Shown: positions 9,301 through 18,235, counted from the stretch's first letter. The stretch is 33,781 nucleotides of DNA from a virus (IMGVR_UViG_3300018876_000054:1-33781), one strand, 5' to 3'. Notes: a model not told the origin generated them from the sequence alone. Translations and numbers: made by a program.

Positions 9301-10076
9301 TTAAGTCTGTCAGCACCAGCAGCATTCTCGTTTGTTGTTCCTTGTGAATTATCTAATAGAGATGAGTCGTCTGCAGAAGATATAAGTGATTCTGAGATTT
9401 CTAAACCAACTCTATAAGAAGGTTTACCTGAATACTTTTCTAAAATTAATGTTTGTTCATCAACCTTACAAAAGAATCCTCTAACAAAGACAACACCTTC
9501 TGTTATACTTGCAATAGAAGCACGACCAATTGGTCTTTCTGTAGTTACTTCAACTGTAAACTCATTATTGTTACCACTGACTGGTGTAATTGTTCCATCT
9601 TCACCAAGTGTAACCTCTCTTAAATCTTCGTTACCATAGAATACTGATGAGTTTGCTGAATCTGTTCCTTGAGATAGGAATTTAACAAATAGTGTTAACT
9701 TATCATCTGAAGTTTCTGCAGATGAGTTGAATACTTGTGCAACAACACCTGAAGATTTACCTTGAATAAATTTTTGGTGGAATGATGTTCTGTAAGACTC
9801 TACTGAAGAATCACCTGCTGAGTTTGGATTCGCACTTTTACACTTGACATAATACATTTCCATGTCTATGTCTGATTCAGCACCAGTTACTAATGAACCC
9901 TCCTCAAAAATATGTGAACCAAATCTTTCTATTTGGTTTTGTAAAATAGATTGAGTCTGAGTTAATTCTCTAGATTGTAAAGGACGACCTGCCCTAAAAA
10001 GAACTTTTTGAAATTTCTTATCTTCCGAGAAGTCATCGTAATATGGTGATATGTTTAAATCAGTTTTCTCTGGCAT
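3348..10076 (-). CDS. Large virion structural protein, VrlC/DUF4815 type
   Basis: 2242 aa. N-terminus 'TDLNISPYYDDF...KVLFRAGRPLQSRELTQTQSILQNQIERFG', plus 'DRFKSGFLVDNF', 'NVNPY' and 'DPLAQSF' motifs characteristic of this family. Follows gp8. Confidence 0.85.
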   Translation of the reverse strand: MPEKTDLNISPYYDDFSEDKKFQKVLFRAGRPLQSRELTQTQSILQNQIERFGSHIFEEGSLVTGAESDIDMEMYYVKCKSANPNSAGDSSVESYRTSFHQKFIQGKSSGVVAQVFNSSAETSDDKLTLFVKFLSQGTDSANSSVFYGNEDLREVTLGEDGTITPVSGNNNEFTVEVTTERPIGRASIASITEGVVFVRGFFCKVDEQTLILEKYSGKPSYRVGLEISESLISSADDSSLLDNSQGTTNENAAGADRLKMGLTLAKYTLDSTEDTDFIELARVNKGILEVKISKPMYSEIQNAMARRTFDANGDFVLRQYTHSIRDHLDTGINRGFYSLANGGDESKFVFQVSPGKAYVKGFEIDKVGTTNLSINKARSTQSLANTNTPVRLGNKLKVKNTHSFPEFGNETGPTPHNEIYLLDSTPTSGTVPTSGRIGVARARSVDLETGSVSSGIFADSSVFNVYLFDIKMYTKLSGTVSGIFTAGDKLVSNSGATGIIAETVNSGSTILVYDVVGTFGSGDTITTEGATSGTTTLTAVRNYNIDRARGVAQNATSSSNEDFTADVVLDSDKVLTGTVTIGTNTSVTGFATQFTKELKEGDVIVDGGGTERIVSSVTSDTALTLTSNGSVAFTGNAVRRRARLIDQDQTASIFAWPRDYVKTHSGDFVTVKRQEIVTVTSNAFSLSTGDDATFGDRSTDNFNIACIKQDSGNTAGTSFAEGDLIDVTTLSGTPASSGSGQTLSLTVPADNNDAKLLVSYTVQKNTTSLTTQTSRQKTLNQSRLLQVGSARSAGGFYGTAYNDKEISLGVADVFKIHGIYEGVGGADPLPASATFTVSSGSFSVHEIVKGQTSGARAKLITSGGSTYYYYYISGTFTDGESVVGETNSGVATLSNIAVGSPNIKNNFTFDDGQRDGYYDLCKLVRKTGVPTPTGKLLILFDYFTSSAGDYFDVESYSSIDYGDIPVYSPNRVDLGGLEPDGTFELSDAVDCRPVVADIIGTSGFESATMNPTSPVDISDSLSGGITVSPFKYESRDFSSSNGAVAQDTPVPGSSIVGDISFYVGRIDKVFLHKSGAFQISSGIPSLTPTKPNAVDEAIELFELKIPAYTNKLKDIRVRSQDHRRFTMKDIGKINNRVTNLERITSLSLLERDTQTKQVLDADGFDRFKSGFLVDNFRGHRVGDVNHPDYQVAIDTKLGAMRPKSYSQFFDIEFNSALSQNFQKTGDLITLPYDQVTYVNQDKASRHINVNPYHVFNFFGTVKLTPENDIWNDSEQLPEVRINREGNFDAVLAENTNSLGTVWNSWQTTWAGEPNVVSTEVQATSNGSWSGDPTQGGEWTSGIQVSREVTETVETQTRTGVTTSVVEDFVETRNDRVVSVSIIPFMRARTIEIDATNLKPGTNHYFFFDGINVNAFVRPYNTTYSQDGGTTVSSNLKSDGNGRLRGYFDLPNNNSQRFATGQRELRITSSFYDLSNPNSQASGVYQAQGLLQSNQTEITSTRNGRVIMERISGQRDFIRRGERMNAEEFDIIAPEIIMPPPPIPNIPIPINVAAIEEPIFEAPDIPIDTIELPFVPPIAPVLPPPPPPRLPIPEPEPPIFAPTALGSAPVMFDRELRRFNFIDISDRGWGDPLAQSFIVEKSGGMFMTSIDLYFQAKDGTLPVSIEVRTMDNGYPGKTILPFSTVTKNPSEVNVSQDGSVATTFTFDSPVYVEENVEYAFVVYSNSNNYECWISRMGEKDLATQQTISGQPYAGSLFLSQNASTWTATQEDDLKFHMKHAQFDTSKQPKLTFENKSLPVADLQDNPIETFDGQTYVKVYNYFHGMYTENSQVVIDGVTGDKLNGVLTIGTPSVSSTPNDGTYNLSGDGLDVGNGSGANIKVVVTNSGTDIVATITDPGSGYSTSDTLTYSNFDGGSSDLTLAIDSVGDTLGGIPVSAINSSYTGSGTNLSNIDIDSFTVTPDLTSFDLDSSYTANDNVLGGGDSATCSRNYYFDTLHTMIPNLTFAMTRISGNVLMTPMNSPEGYSNRTAYSKRTSNEFITLNDNVFFDSSHVIASATNEGASHLLQSEKSMTTILQLMSVNPNVSPVIDIATIGAIAIGNRLNKIDSSSDVVTGTTYVPSTEADGDNNVMVYCTRKVNLKTPASSIKVIADVFRPPTTEVEFMYKVLENDISTSFDDIDWKYFNTDGSPDTTIEADARNFKEYEFTVEDLPEFTAFAVKIVGKGTNTAVVPSVSALRCIGLA

Positions 10077-10095
10077 AATTCCTTAACCTGTTTTA

Positions 10096-10113
10096 GGGGA
10101 CATAATTGTCCCC
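10096..10113. other. Perfect 7-bp GC-rich hairpin between gp8 and the VrlC-like gene
   Basis: GGGGACA-TAAT-TGTCCCC. No U-tract follows on the coding (minus) strand. Confidence 0.6.
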
Positions 10114-10117
10114 AATA

Positions 10118-11584
10118 TTACATTTCGATAATTAGTTTAATATCTTCAATTTGGTCTGAAGCACGTGTTACAGCACCTCTGTTCTCAAGATACAACATGT
10201 TACCAGTAAATCTTTCCACTTCAGGGAAAGAAGCACTTACTGAGTTAATTGTTCCAATTGAGACACCATTTTTGTAAGCAGTTCCACTTGAGAAGTTTAC
10301 ATACTCACCACCACTGTTTGCCTGTGGTAAAAACGATACTACGTTTCCGTTGATTGAAGTAATGATACCTACTGCAACTGAATCACCGTTTGAAGATGCA
10401 TCCATTACAGTATCATCTACTGATAAACCTGAAACGTTTGATAGTGTCATTTGACTTACTGCCGAAAGAGTTGTTCCTGTTGCAACTGTTGTTGTTCCTG
10501 CTGTGAATGGGTCTTGTAATAGACCAATTCTTCTGAAATCATTATCTGTTGGGAAGTCACCTGAACCTTCGTTGAACTCGAATCTTGAGTTAACGATTAC
10601 ATAGTTTCCACCTAGTTCTTCAACTGCGTCAGCACCATGTCCATTCATAGGTGAAATTACTGGAACAACTACTGCGTTTGAACCACTACCGATTCCTGAG
10701 ATACTATCGATATCAATTGATGCACGTCTGTAACCTGAACCATAAGCAGGTGAACCACCAGCAGTCATTGATACTGAAGTAACAGAACCACCACCGACAA
10801 CAACCTCACAAGTTGCACCTGAACCATCTCCGTCCACTACAACTCCAGTGTATGTTCCGTTAGTGTAACCTGAACCACCGTTAGAAACTCTAACGTGATA
10901 AATTGCACCGTCAACTGCAGAATTCTCTACATCCCACTGAGCAGAACCATCGTTAGTTGCAGAAGAACCTAACTCACCGTTAGTTCCTGAACCACCAACT
11001 CCTGTTTTTGCACCCAATGTTTTAACTGGGATAAAGTCTGAGGTAACGTATTTAATTGTATCTGATGCAGAAACAGAGAACATATACTTCCAAATATAAC
11101 CGTTGGCAGCGCCTGTATCTGAAGTATAAACTAAGTCTGTTGCACTTGTTCCTGTTGGTTTAACAGTTGATTCAACTGTTGCACCGTTTGAATCTCTACC
11201 AGTTCTAAGACATTTATAGACGTTATAGTCATCTGTCATTACATAGAACCTTGCATCCCATAAATTGTTTGAACTGTTTCCTGTTGAAGTGTTAGATGCA
11301 CTGATATCATGACCGTATTCGTCATATGTTTGACCTGAAGTCCAGTCATATCTTGTGATACCATGTGATACATCAGAAATACCTACTTTCTTAAGTGAAA
11401 GCATGTCTGAAAATGCATCCATTTCCTCACTAACACCGTTTACTGGTGTTGGGGGTGAAGTGTCATCCGTCCATGGATAAGACCTTCCTATAAAAATATA
11501 CGTTGATGAAGCGGATTCACCAAAGTCCTCTCTGAATTGTTTCGCATTGTGAGTTCGAAACTTCTCTGTTATGATTGCTGCCAT
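10118..11584 (-). CDS. gp8: Baseplate wedge subunit gp8
   Basis: 'MAAIITEKFRTHNA', 'YIFIGRSYPW', 'FYVMTDDYNVYKCL', 'GYIWKYMF' and the C-terminal 'YLENRGAVTRASDQIEDIKLIIE'; gp6-gp7-gp8 synteny. Confidence 0.9.
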   Translation of the reverse strand: MAAIITEKFRTHNAKQFREDFGESASSTYIFIGRSYPWTDDTSPPTPVNGVSEEMDAFSDMLSLKKVGISDVSHGITRYDWTSGQTYDEYGHDISASNTSTGNSSNNLWDARFYVMTDDYNVYKCLRTGRDSNGATVESTVKPTGTSATDLVYTSDTGAANGYIWKYMFSVSASDTIKYVTSDFIPVKTLGAKTGVGGSGTNGELGSSATNDGSAQWDVENSAVDGAIYHVRVSNGGSGYTNGTYTGVVVDGDGSGATCEVVVGGGSVTSVSMTAGGSPAYGSGYRRASIDIDSISGIGSGSNAVVVPVISPMNGHGADAVEELGGNYVIVNSRFEFNEGSGDFPTDNDFRRIGLLQDPFTAGTTTVATGTTLSAVSQMTLSNVSGLSVDDTVMDASSNGDSVAVGIITSINGNVVSFLPQANSGGEYVNFSSGTAYKNGVSIGTINSVSASFPEVERFTGNMLYLENRGAVTRASDQIEDIKLIIEM

Positions 11585-11603
11585 TTTAATTTATCTCCTC
11601 AGA

Positions 11604-11622
11604 TATTTATATACTATTTATA
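11604..11622 (-). promoter_or_regulatory. Two tandem T4-type late promoters (TATAAATA) upstream of gp8
   Basis: Plus-strand tatttata at 11604-11611 and 11615-11622, followed on the minus strand by SD GAGGAG and the gp8 ATG. Confidence 0.75.
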
Positions 11623-11625
11623 ACA

Positions 11626-14600
11626 CTATGCAGACTTAATGTAAGAACTAAATGCAAAATTTGTTCTTTGATTCGCATGTGTTTCAAAAGTTGGTATGTA
11701 TCTCTTCGGATACATATCGTTTAAATCGTAAATTCTTATTCCTTCAGGTATGGATTCTTCACTTAGAATGCTTCCATAACCATCTTCCATCAAAATATCA
11801 TCCTCATCTGTTTCATCTTTGAGGTAATATGATATTCTGTATGTGTTTTGATTCTGTATTATATTTAGACTCTTCTTAGTAGACCCAAGAGGAGCATAAC
11901 TTGCGTTTGAGTTCTCTGAACTATGTTCGTCAACGATAGGACTTCCATCTTCTGCAATTAATCTATCTCCGTTTTCAAATAAAACGAATTTATCATTTAC
12001 TTCGATTGAGTTTTCAGTTACAAAATAGAATATCTCTTCGTCTGTTGTTGCTGATTCTAATCTTACAGACTCACCATCTTCCATTTCAAAGAAGTCACCA
12101 AACACACCTTTGACCTCTGCGTTGATTCTAGGTTCACCTCTTAGTAAACATATCTCATCTTCCAACTGAATTAGACCACCATCTTCTAAAATAAGTTTCT
12201 CATCGACTGGTGAATAACCATATTGTATCTTACCTTGGTCTGCTGCGATGAATTTTCTATTATGATAATCTAATACTTCGTCTGTATCTCTTAAATTGAC
12301 TGAACCGATACTTCTTACTTCACCCCTTGCAATAGGAGTGTTGATAGGTGTCTCATCAAAAGACTGTATCTTAATAATATTAACGTGTCTGTTTCTATGT
12401 GATGAATCACCATACTCTGTTCTTGGTTCTGTAATTGAACCACCCGTTCTTGGGTCTGTATTTGCAGTTGGTTGACCTGCTTCATCTAATGATAAGAGTG
12501 CGAATCCACCTTCAGGCCCTGTTGATGTCATATCTGCATGAAGAATCCATGTTCTCCATGAGTTAGAGAATGCATCAGGCCCAGTGTTTAGAACTGGTTC
12601 TAATATAAAGATAACTGTTTTAATACTTGATATCTGATTCTCTACAACTGTATTGATAGAGTTAGTGATACCAACCTCACCAAAGAATACATGTCCAGCA
12701 GGGTGAATCAAATCTTTCAGTATAGACCTATACTTGTTAATAGACTCACCTACTTTTACAACATAGGAGTGTGTTTGATAATACGAACTATCTTGTAAAT
12801 GTGCTGATTGAGCATTCAATGCACCTTTGTCGGTGACAAATTGTTCTTGCATTTTACCCTCACCACCGAACTGACCTCTTGCGTTGTAAGGATTATTTTT
12901 AAGAACATCAAAGTTATCATTTGTATTAAACTTAACATTTTCACCTTCAAGGAAACAACCCTGTAGGTTTGTGTAAGTCATGATGTGTCTGTCTGCATCG
13001 TATCTTAAAACCTCTGCAGTAGTCCCTGAGACCTCGCCAGTGAGTGTCAAACCTTTAAAAGGTGTTGACGTTGGAGTTGTAATCAACATAGGATAGTAAG
13101 AGTCACTTGAAACAATACCGTTCATTGTGAATTTACTACCTTGATTGTAAATGTTTACAGACCTTACACCACCAATGTTATCTGAATATGCAAATAGTTT
13201 TGCACCTGTTCCACTAGATACATTTGCTTGTAATAATGCTCTTGTTGTGGTGGATGTCTGACCAACGATTGTTTCAGTTTGTTGGAAAGCACCTGTATCT
13301 GTATCTAATCTTTTTACAACTAATCTACTCTTATCTGATTCGACACGAATGATAGTAGCAGTTGCATTTGAGTCTTGTCCTTGAACAACTTCATCTTCTT
13401 GGAATCCTGATACATCTGCAAGATATAAGAATCCGCCTGGATTTACTTTAGGAACTTGTGTATATCCTCCACCACCGTTTAGTATTTTAACACTTCTAAT
13501 GTTTCCTACAGTAGTTTCTAATGCAAGAGGGTCATCATTCTCATATACAAGTCTATTGAAATCTGTAAAGAACTCTACACGTTCTCCACCCGACAATGCA
13601 TTTGTAAATGTTACCCTGTCATTTTTTGAAGTGTAATCACCTACACTATAAGAAGTTGAAGGAGTTTGTAAAATTCCGTCTACGAAAACTTTTAATTCAT
13701 TATCATTAAAAATTATAAGTTGACCGAACTTATCTCTAACTCCAGGCCCACCATAAAGTGATTGACCATTGACACCATCGAATTCATAGTGACCAAATTG
13801 TGTTTGTGCTTCGAGTAATGCCTCATCACCAACAGCACCAATGATTGCTTCTGCACCACCACCACTGGTTCCGTCATTATCAAAGACAATTAAATCTCCT
13901 GCCTCATAGTTTTGTCCACCATCTTCGATATAGATGTGTTGAACTTCACCTTTTGATAATCCGTCAACTCTTGTTCTACAATTTTCTGTAGAATTATTTG
14001 CGATGTCCTCTTTACTTCCTTGGAAATTTATGTTATCATTAAAAGAGTATAGAGAACCAAGTGATGCATATTCTAAAAGAAGACCGCCACCATGATTTGC
14101 ACTTTGTAATAGGTTTTCACCCGACAATGCAACTGAAGGATTTGCAGTCAATGTGATTTCATCATCACTTAAAATTTTATTTACTGTAACTGTATAAGTT
14201 GTATCTGATACAACATAAGTTAATATATCACCTTCTGATACTTCTGATAAGAACTTACTTCCTGAACCTGATAATGTTGTTGAATCTGTTGTAAGTGTAA
14301 GTGTTCCAGTTAAGAAATTATTTTCTAAAAGAATATCTCCGTCATCATCGTGTGCAACGTATGTTGCTGAAGAGTCATTTGACACTCCATTGATAACACC
14401 TATAAGTGTTCCTTTGTATTCTGTTAAACCGTCTCTATCGATAAACGTAACTTCACTTCCTTCAGTGAAAGTTCCAATATGATTCTCTGTAATTTCTAAT
14501 GAATATCTTTTTTCTGAAACTGAATCAACGAATACATTCTCTACAACTGCTTCTGCATCTATAATTGTAGAACTACCAGGCCTAAATTGAATCATTCTAT

Positions 14601-15390
14601 CTGTTGCAACTGGTGGGCCTGAAGTTACTTGAACTCGAACCCTTCTGACTTCATTATAATCTGATTCAGAAACATAGATTGTTTCGTTGTCGGGATATCT
14701 TACTTCTGCATCTTGACCATACAGTAATTTCATTAAGAATTTTACTGAGTCTGCAGTTCCTTTATTTTGATAAAGGTCTTTAATGTGTTTGATTGTTAAT
14801 CTTTTGTTTGCAGTATCACCAATATCCAATGAAGGGATAAAGTCATTTTGGAAATACTGTAAAAACTCTTCAGACGTTGTATCAATATCTGAAGTTTGTA
14901 GTAATCTGTTGTTTGCTTCTAAAGCATTTTGTTTGTATGAACCAATAACACCTATTTGATTCGACTCTCTACCAGTAATCTTTTCACCACTAGAGAATCC
15001 TTCACCTAATACGGAAGATATGTGTAAGGTGTTTCCGTGTATAACATTAATCTTCGCAACTGACTTCGATTTACTACCAACAATATATTCACCCTCTGTA
15101 AAAGGTGATGCAGTTTGATTGGTATTAGTAACTGTTGATTCGAATGCAATTCTTGAAGAGTCTTGGTCGGGTGAAGGTGAGACGGTGCTAGTTTCCAATA
15201 CCATGGAACTAACACCATCTTCTAATAATAGAGTATCAATCGTCTCTTGAGATTCAAGAGTGATTATTTCTGACTCTAAGTATTCGGTATATGCATTCAG
15301 AAAAGACTCAAAGACAGGCGCTTCTTCACGAATAAAATCGGGAAGAATCGTTCCTAGTCTATCTTGAAGACTTTCTGAATCTTTATGCAT
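11626..15390 (-). CDS. gp7: Baseplate wedge initiator gp7 (cyanophage type)
   Basis: 1254 aa. 'LPDFIREEAPVFESFLNAYTEYLE', 'IKHIKDLYQNKGTADSVKFLMKLLYG', 'LQDSSYYQTHSYVVK' and 'HPAGHVFFGE' motifs; lies between gp6 and gp8. Confidence 0.8.
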   Translation of the reverse strand: MHKDSESLQDRLGTILPDFIREEAPVFESFLNAYTEYLESEIITLESQETIDTLLLEDGVSSMVLETSTVSPSPDQDSSRIAFESTVTNTNQTASPFTEGEYIVGSKSKSVAKINVIHGNTLHISSVLGEGFSSGEKITGRESNQIGVIGSYKQNALEANNRLLQTSDIDTTSEEFLQYFQNDFIPSLDIGDTANKRLTIKHIKDLYQNKGTADSVKFLMKLLYGQDAEVRYPDNETIYVSESDYNEVRRVRVQVTSGPPVATDRMIQFRPGSSTIIDAEAVVENVFVDSVSEKRYSLEITENHIGTFTEGSEVTFIDRDGLTEYKGTLIGVINGVSNDSSATYVAHDDDGDILLENNFLTGTLTLTTDSTTLSGSGSKFLSEVSEGDILTYVVSDTTYTVTVNKILSDDEITLTANPSVALSGENLLQSANHGGGLLLEYASLGSLYSFNDNINFQGSKEDIANNSTENCRTRVDGLSKGEVQHIYIEDGGQNYEAGDLIVFDNDGTSGGGAEAIIGAVGDEALLEAQTQFGHYEFDGVNGQSLYGGPGVRDKFGQLIIFNDNELKVFVDGILQTPSTSYSVGDYTSKNDRVTFTNALSGGERVEFFTDFNRLVYENDDPLALETTVGNIRSVKILNGGGGYTQVPKVNPGGFLYLADVSGFQEDEVVQGQDSNATATIIRVESDKSRLVVKRLDTDTGAFQQTETIVGQTSTTTRALLQANVSSGTGAKLFAYSDNIGGVRSVNIYNQGSKFTMNGIVSSDSYYPMLITTPTSTPFKGLTLTGEVSGTTAEVLRYDADRHIMTYTNLQGCFLEGENVKFNTNDNFDVLKNNPYNARGQFGGEGKMQEQFVTDKGALNAQSAHLQDSSYYQTHSYVVKVGESINKYRSILKDLIHPAGHVFFGEVGITNSINTVVENQISSIKTVIFILEPVLNTGPDAFSNSWRTWILHADMTSTGPEGGFALLSLDEAGQPTANTDPRTGGSITEPRTEYGDSSHRNRHVNIIKIQSFDETPINTPIARGEVRSIGSVNLRDTDEVLDYHNRKFIAADQGKIQYGYSPVDEKLILEDGGLIQLEDEICLLRGEPRINAEVKGVFGDFFEMEDGESVRLESATTDEEIFYFVTENSIEVNDKFVLFENGDRLIAEDGSPIVDEHSSENSNASYAPLGSTKKSLNIIQNQNTYRISYYLKDETDEDDILMEDGYGSILSEESIPEGIRIYDLNDMYPKRYIPTFETHANQRTNFAFSSYIKSA

Positions 15391-15391
15391 A

Positions 15392-15853
15392 TTATGCTAC
15401 CGTTGCACCATAGTTTGAAAGGACAAACCATCCACTTCCATCCCACATAAGGATACAAGCATCACCTTGTGTATTGAAGGTGATTGATGATAAGTGTGAT
15501 TCGTATGAACTTGTGACATTCACAACAGCGTCATAACTTCCTCTATCTTTCATCCAAATTGCTTTCAACTGACCAGTATCAGTTCCATCATCTAATGTGA
15601 AAGTAACTGAACCTGAGAAACCTGAACCATCAATTGCAGTTGCAAAAGAAGATGCAAGGTTACTTGCAGTTGCAGTTAATGTTGTAATGTCATCTACTGC
15701 AAGGTGAGTTGGAATGTTTTCAAAAAGTTGACCGATAGTCATCTTTTTGTTGACGGGTGTTCCGCCAGGGTTATCTACAATATGTAGTAAGTCATCAGCA
15801 CCGATTTCAGAATCTGCTACCGCTGTTAATGCACTAATTTTTTTATCTGCCAT
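15392..15853 (-). CDS. Small virion structural protein (MADKKISALT-type)
   Basis: 153 aa with an N-terminal 'ADKKISALT...DDLLHIVD...NKKMTI' motif and a C-terminal beta domain ending 'LMWDGSGWFV'. SD AGGAG at 15863-15867. Confidence 0.65.
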   Translation of the reverse strand: MADKKISALTAVADSEIGADDLLHIVDNPGGTPVNKKMTIGQLFENIPTHLAVDDITTLTATASNLASSFATAIDGSGFSGSVTFTLDDGTDTGQLKAIWMKDRGSYDAVVNVTSSYESHLSSITFNTQGDACILMWDGSGWFVLSNYGATVA

Positions 15854-15869
15854 TTTAGTTTACTCCTAT

Positions 15870-15930
15870 AAAAACCAAGTTAATGGGATGCTACTTCAAG
15901 CACGGAACCTACCGTCTTGAATCACTTATT
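15870..15930 (-). promoter_or_regulatory. Candidate structured cis-RNA in the gp6 / small virion gene intergenic region
   Basis: Minus strand UUCAAG-ACGG-(UAGGUU)-CCGU-G-CUUGAA, a 10-bp stem with one bulge (15895-15921), just upstream of the SD. Confidence 0.45.
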
Positions 15931-15933
15931 TCA

Positions 15934-17805
15934 TTAATAAGAAGCACTAGATGTGGATTGATAACCAACTCCAGCACTTGATTCACCACTTGCGATGGTG
16001 TCAACTTCACCTTTGACCGAAATAGACTGTTGGTCGATATCAATGAGAGCGCCTCTCGTTGCGACCACATCCGAACTACTTGGGACTACGGTAAAGTTAA
16101 TAGAGTTATCTGCATTATCTGTCTCCGTAAAGAAGATACTGTTGATAACAATTTTTCCAGTTGAATAATCTACTGTTCCAGCAGTATTATCCTGATAAAT
16201 TCTAGTTGAACCTGACAAGTAATATCTTCTTAGATTTCCTTTTCCGTCATCATCGAAGAACTGTAGATTTACTGAATCACCTGAAACTTTAAAACCTGTT
16301 GTGGATACTATTCCACCTGAATTTGCATTGTGTCCACTATGTGGATTGTATAATCCGTTTCCGAATTCTATTGTGACACCTCTTGAAGTGTCTGTCTTAA
16401 CCTTTACTGCTCTTCTCAATCTAATGTTTGTAATATTAGAGAGTATAGCACTATTTGAATCATCGATTGCACGAACAATGTTTGAGTGTCTAAAGATTGA
16501 GTCGAAGTTTTTTAAATTTGTTGAGTCAAAGTCGTTGATTGCATTTGTGACCACTGCTTCTAATTCTCCTTTAGAAAGTTCTGTTGCGTTTGCGTTATAT
16601 TTGAATGTTGTTGAAACTAATATCTTAATGATTTCAGGGTCTACGATTGTAGGTCTTACTGTCAACATATTTAGACCCTTCAAACTATTTACTACTGTTT
16701 TCTTTTCTGTCTCTGATAGATAGTCTGAGTTCTTTGGTTTGAGTGCAACGAACACTTTACCATACTCGGGTGGGTCGTTATCTTCACCACCCCACACTGC
16801 AACTGCATCTGCGTTTGGATAGTATTCTGAAATCTTTGCTTTATAGTCGTTAAGTGTTACAAGTCTATTTTGAGAAGTGTAAAACTTTGTTGCTTTAAAC
16901 TTGATTGATTCGATTGATTCTTTTTCTCCACCACCACTTGCATTTGATACAGTTGTTACTACATCATTTGAAAAACCATTGACTGCATTTTGCATTATAA
17001 AGTTTTTAGCACCATTTGCATGGAAGTCGTTTACAACAATATAAGTTACAGTGATAATATCACCGTCTAATAATTGATTTCCTAATACTCCATCACCAAA
17101 ATAGATTTCTCTAAATCCATCTTCGTTTTCTTGTTCGTAAAATACTTTTGAAGTTGTTGTAATATTAGATACGTTTGTTGACAATGTATATGCAGAAGAT
17201 ACTCCACCTGAGTTAACTGCAACATTGATATATTGTTTATCAACTCTCTGATTAGATAATACAAATTTCTGATTCTGTATTTGTGAATCATATACGAATG
17301 TATCTGAAGCATATGTTCCTTGAACAAGATTGACATCTGTATAGTTATATGTTGTTCCGTTTTGTGAAGGTTGGACTGAAGAAGGAACTACAAACTCGTA
17401 TGTAGAACCATCGTATACTGTTGTGAATATATTACCACGTGGGATAACCATTTCACTTGTTGTCGGGTAAGTTGAATCTGCATTTCTAACGTTTTTGATT
17501 TCGACATTGACAATTGCTTTTGAACCTGTTTCTGAACCAGGCACAAAACCTAAATCTTTTGCACGGGATACAACGTTCTTTCTGATTTGAGCAGAATCTA
17601 AGAACAGTTCACTACCAGCAATATTTGTATTGACTGCAGAAACATGAGCAGCATAAGATAACATATCAATCAATACTGACATGGTCGACCCTTCGAAGTC
17701 GTAGTCTTTAAATTTATCTTGTCCTTTTAAATAATCTTTGATACCTAAAGCGATATCGTCAAAATCTGTATCTGTAACGTTGATTTGTGAACTCTTAATT
17801 GTCAT
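15934..17805 (-). CDS. gp6: Baseplate wedge subunit gp6
   Basis: 'DFDDI...KDYDFEGSTMSVLIDMLSY', 'FLDSAQIRKNVVSRAKDLG', 'IYFGDGVLG', 'QNRLVTLNDY', 'VWGGEDNDPPEYGKV'. Confidence 0.95.
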   Translation of the reverse strand: MTIKSSQINVTDTDFDDIALGIKDYLKGQDKFKDYDFEGSTMSVLIDMLSYAAHVSAVNTNIAGSELFLDSAQIRKNVVSRAKDLGFVPGSETGSKAIVNVEIKNVRNADSTYPTTSEMVIPRGNIFTTVYDGSTYEFVVPSSVQPSQNGTTYNYTDVNLVQGTYASDTFVYDSQIQNQKFVLSNQRVDKQYINVAVNSGGVSSAYTLSTNVSNITTTSKVFYEQENEDGFREIYFGDGVLGNQLLDGDIITVTYIVVNDFHANGAKNFIMQNAVNGFSNDVVTTVSNASGGGEKESIESIKFKATKFYTSQNRLVTLNDYKAKISEYYPNADAVAVWGGEDNDPPEYGKVFVALKPKNSDYLSETEKKTVVNSLKGLNMLTVRPTIVDPEIIKILVSTTFKYNANATELSKGELEAVVTNAINDFDSTNLKNFDSIFRHSNIVRAIDDSNSAILSNITNIRLRRAVKVKTDTSRGVTIEFGNGLYNPHSGHNANSGGIVSTTGFKVSGDSVNLQFFDDDGKGNLRRYYLSGSTRIYQDNTAGTVDYSTGKIVINSIFFTETDNADNSINFTVVPSSSDVVATRGALIDIDQQSISVKGEVDTIASGESSAGVGYQSTSSASY

Positions 17806-18230
17806 TATCGTGCCCTACTTACTGTTAAACTTAACTCTTGATTCCTAGAACCATTTACTATACTATAAAAAATAGTCAATTCAAGAGTATTGGTATTCAT
17901 ACCTTCGTTATTGACTCTTACTGAAACATCTCTAACTCTAGGTTCGAATGTTCGTATTGTTTCTGATAATTGTTCCGATACTTTTCTTAATCCCCTATCA
18001 GTGTCTAAATTGAATAATAGTCCAATCAAGTTTCCACCGAAGCCTGGTTTAAAAGGTCTCTCATAATAGTTCGTCAATACAATATTTCTTATTGCTCTAC
18101 GAACTGCATCTGTATCAGTTTTACGAGTCACATCACCCGTGATTGGATGAGGAGTGAATTGCAAGTTCAAATCAGAATACAAATCCTTCTTTGCGACTGT
18201 TTTACCTTCGTTGACTACGTAATCTACCAT
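17805..18230 (-). CDS. gp25: Baseplate wedge subunit gp25
   Basis: 'YSDLNLQF.PHPITGD', 'AIRNIVLTNYYERPFKPGFG', 'FEPRV'; lies between gp5 and gp6. Confidence 0.92.
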   Translation of the reverse strand: MVDYVVNEGKTVAKKDLYSDLNLQFTPHPITGDVTRKTDTDAVRRAIRNIVLTNYYERPFKPGFGGNLIGLLFNLDTDRGLRKVSEQLSETIRTFEPRVRDVSVRVNNEGMNTNTLELTIFYSIVNGSRNQELSLTVSRAR

Positions 18231-18235
18231 AATAC

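Noticed and set aside
10096-10113. Rho-independent terminator call
   Set aside because: No U-tract follows the hairpin on either strand, so it is kept only as a hairpin.
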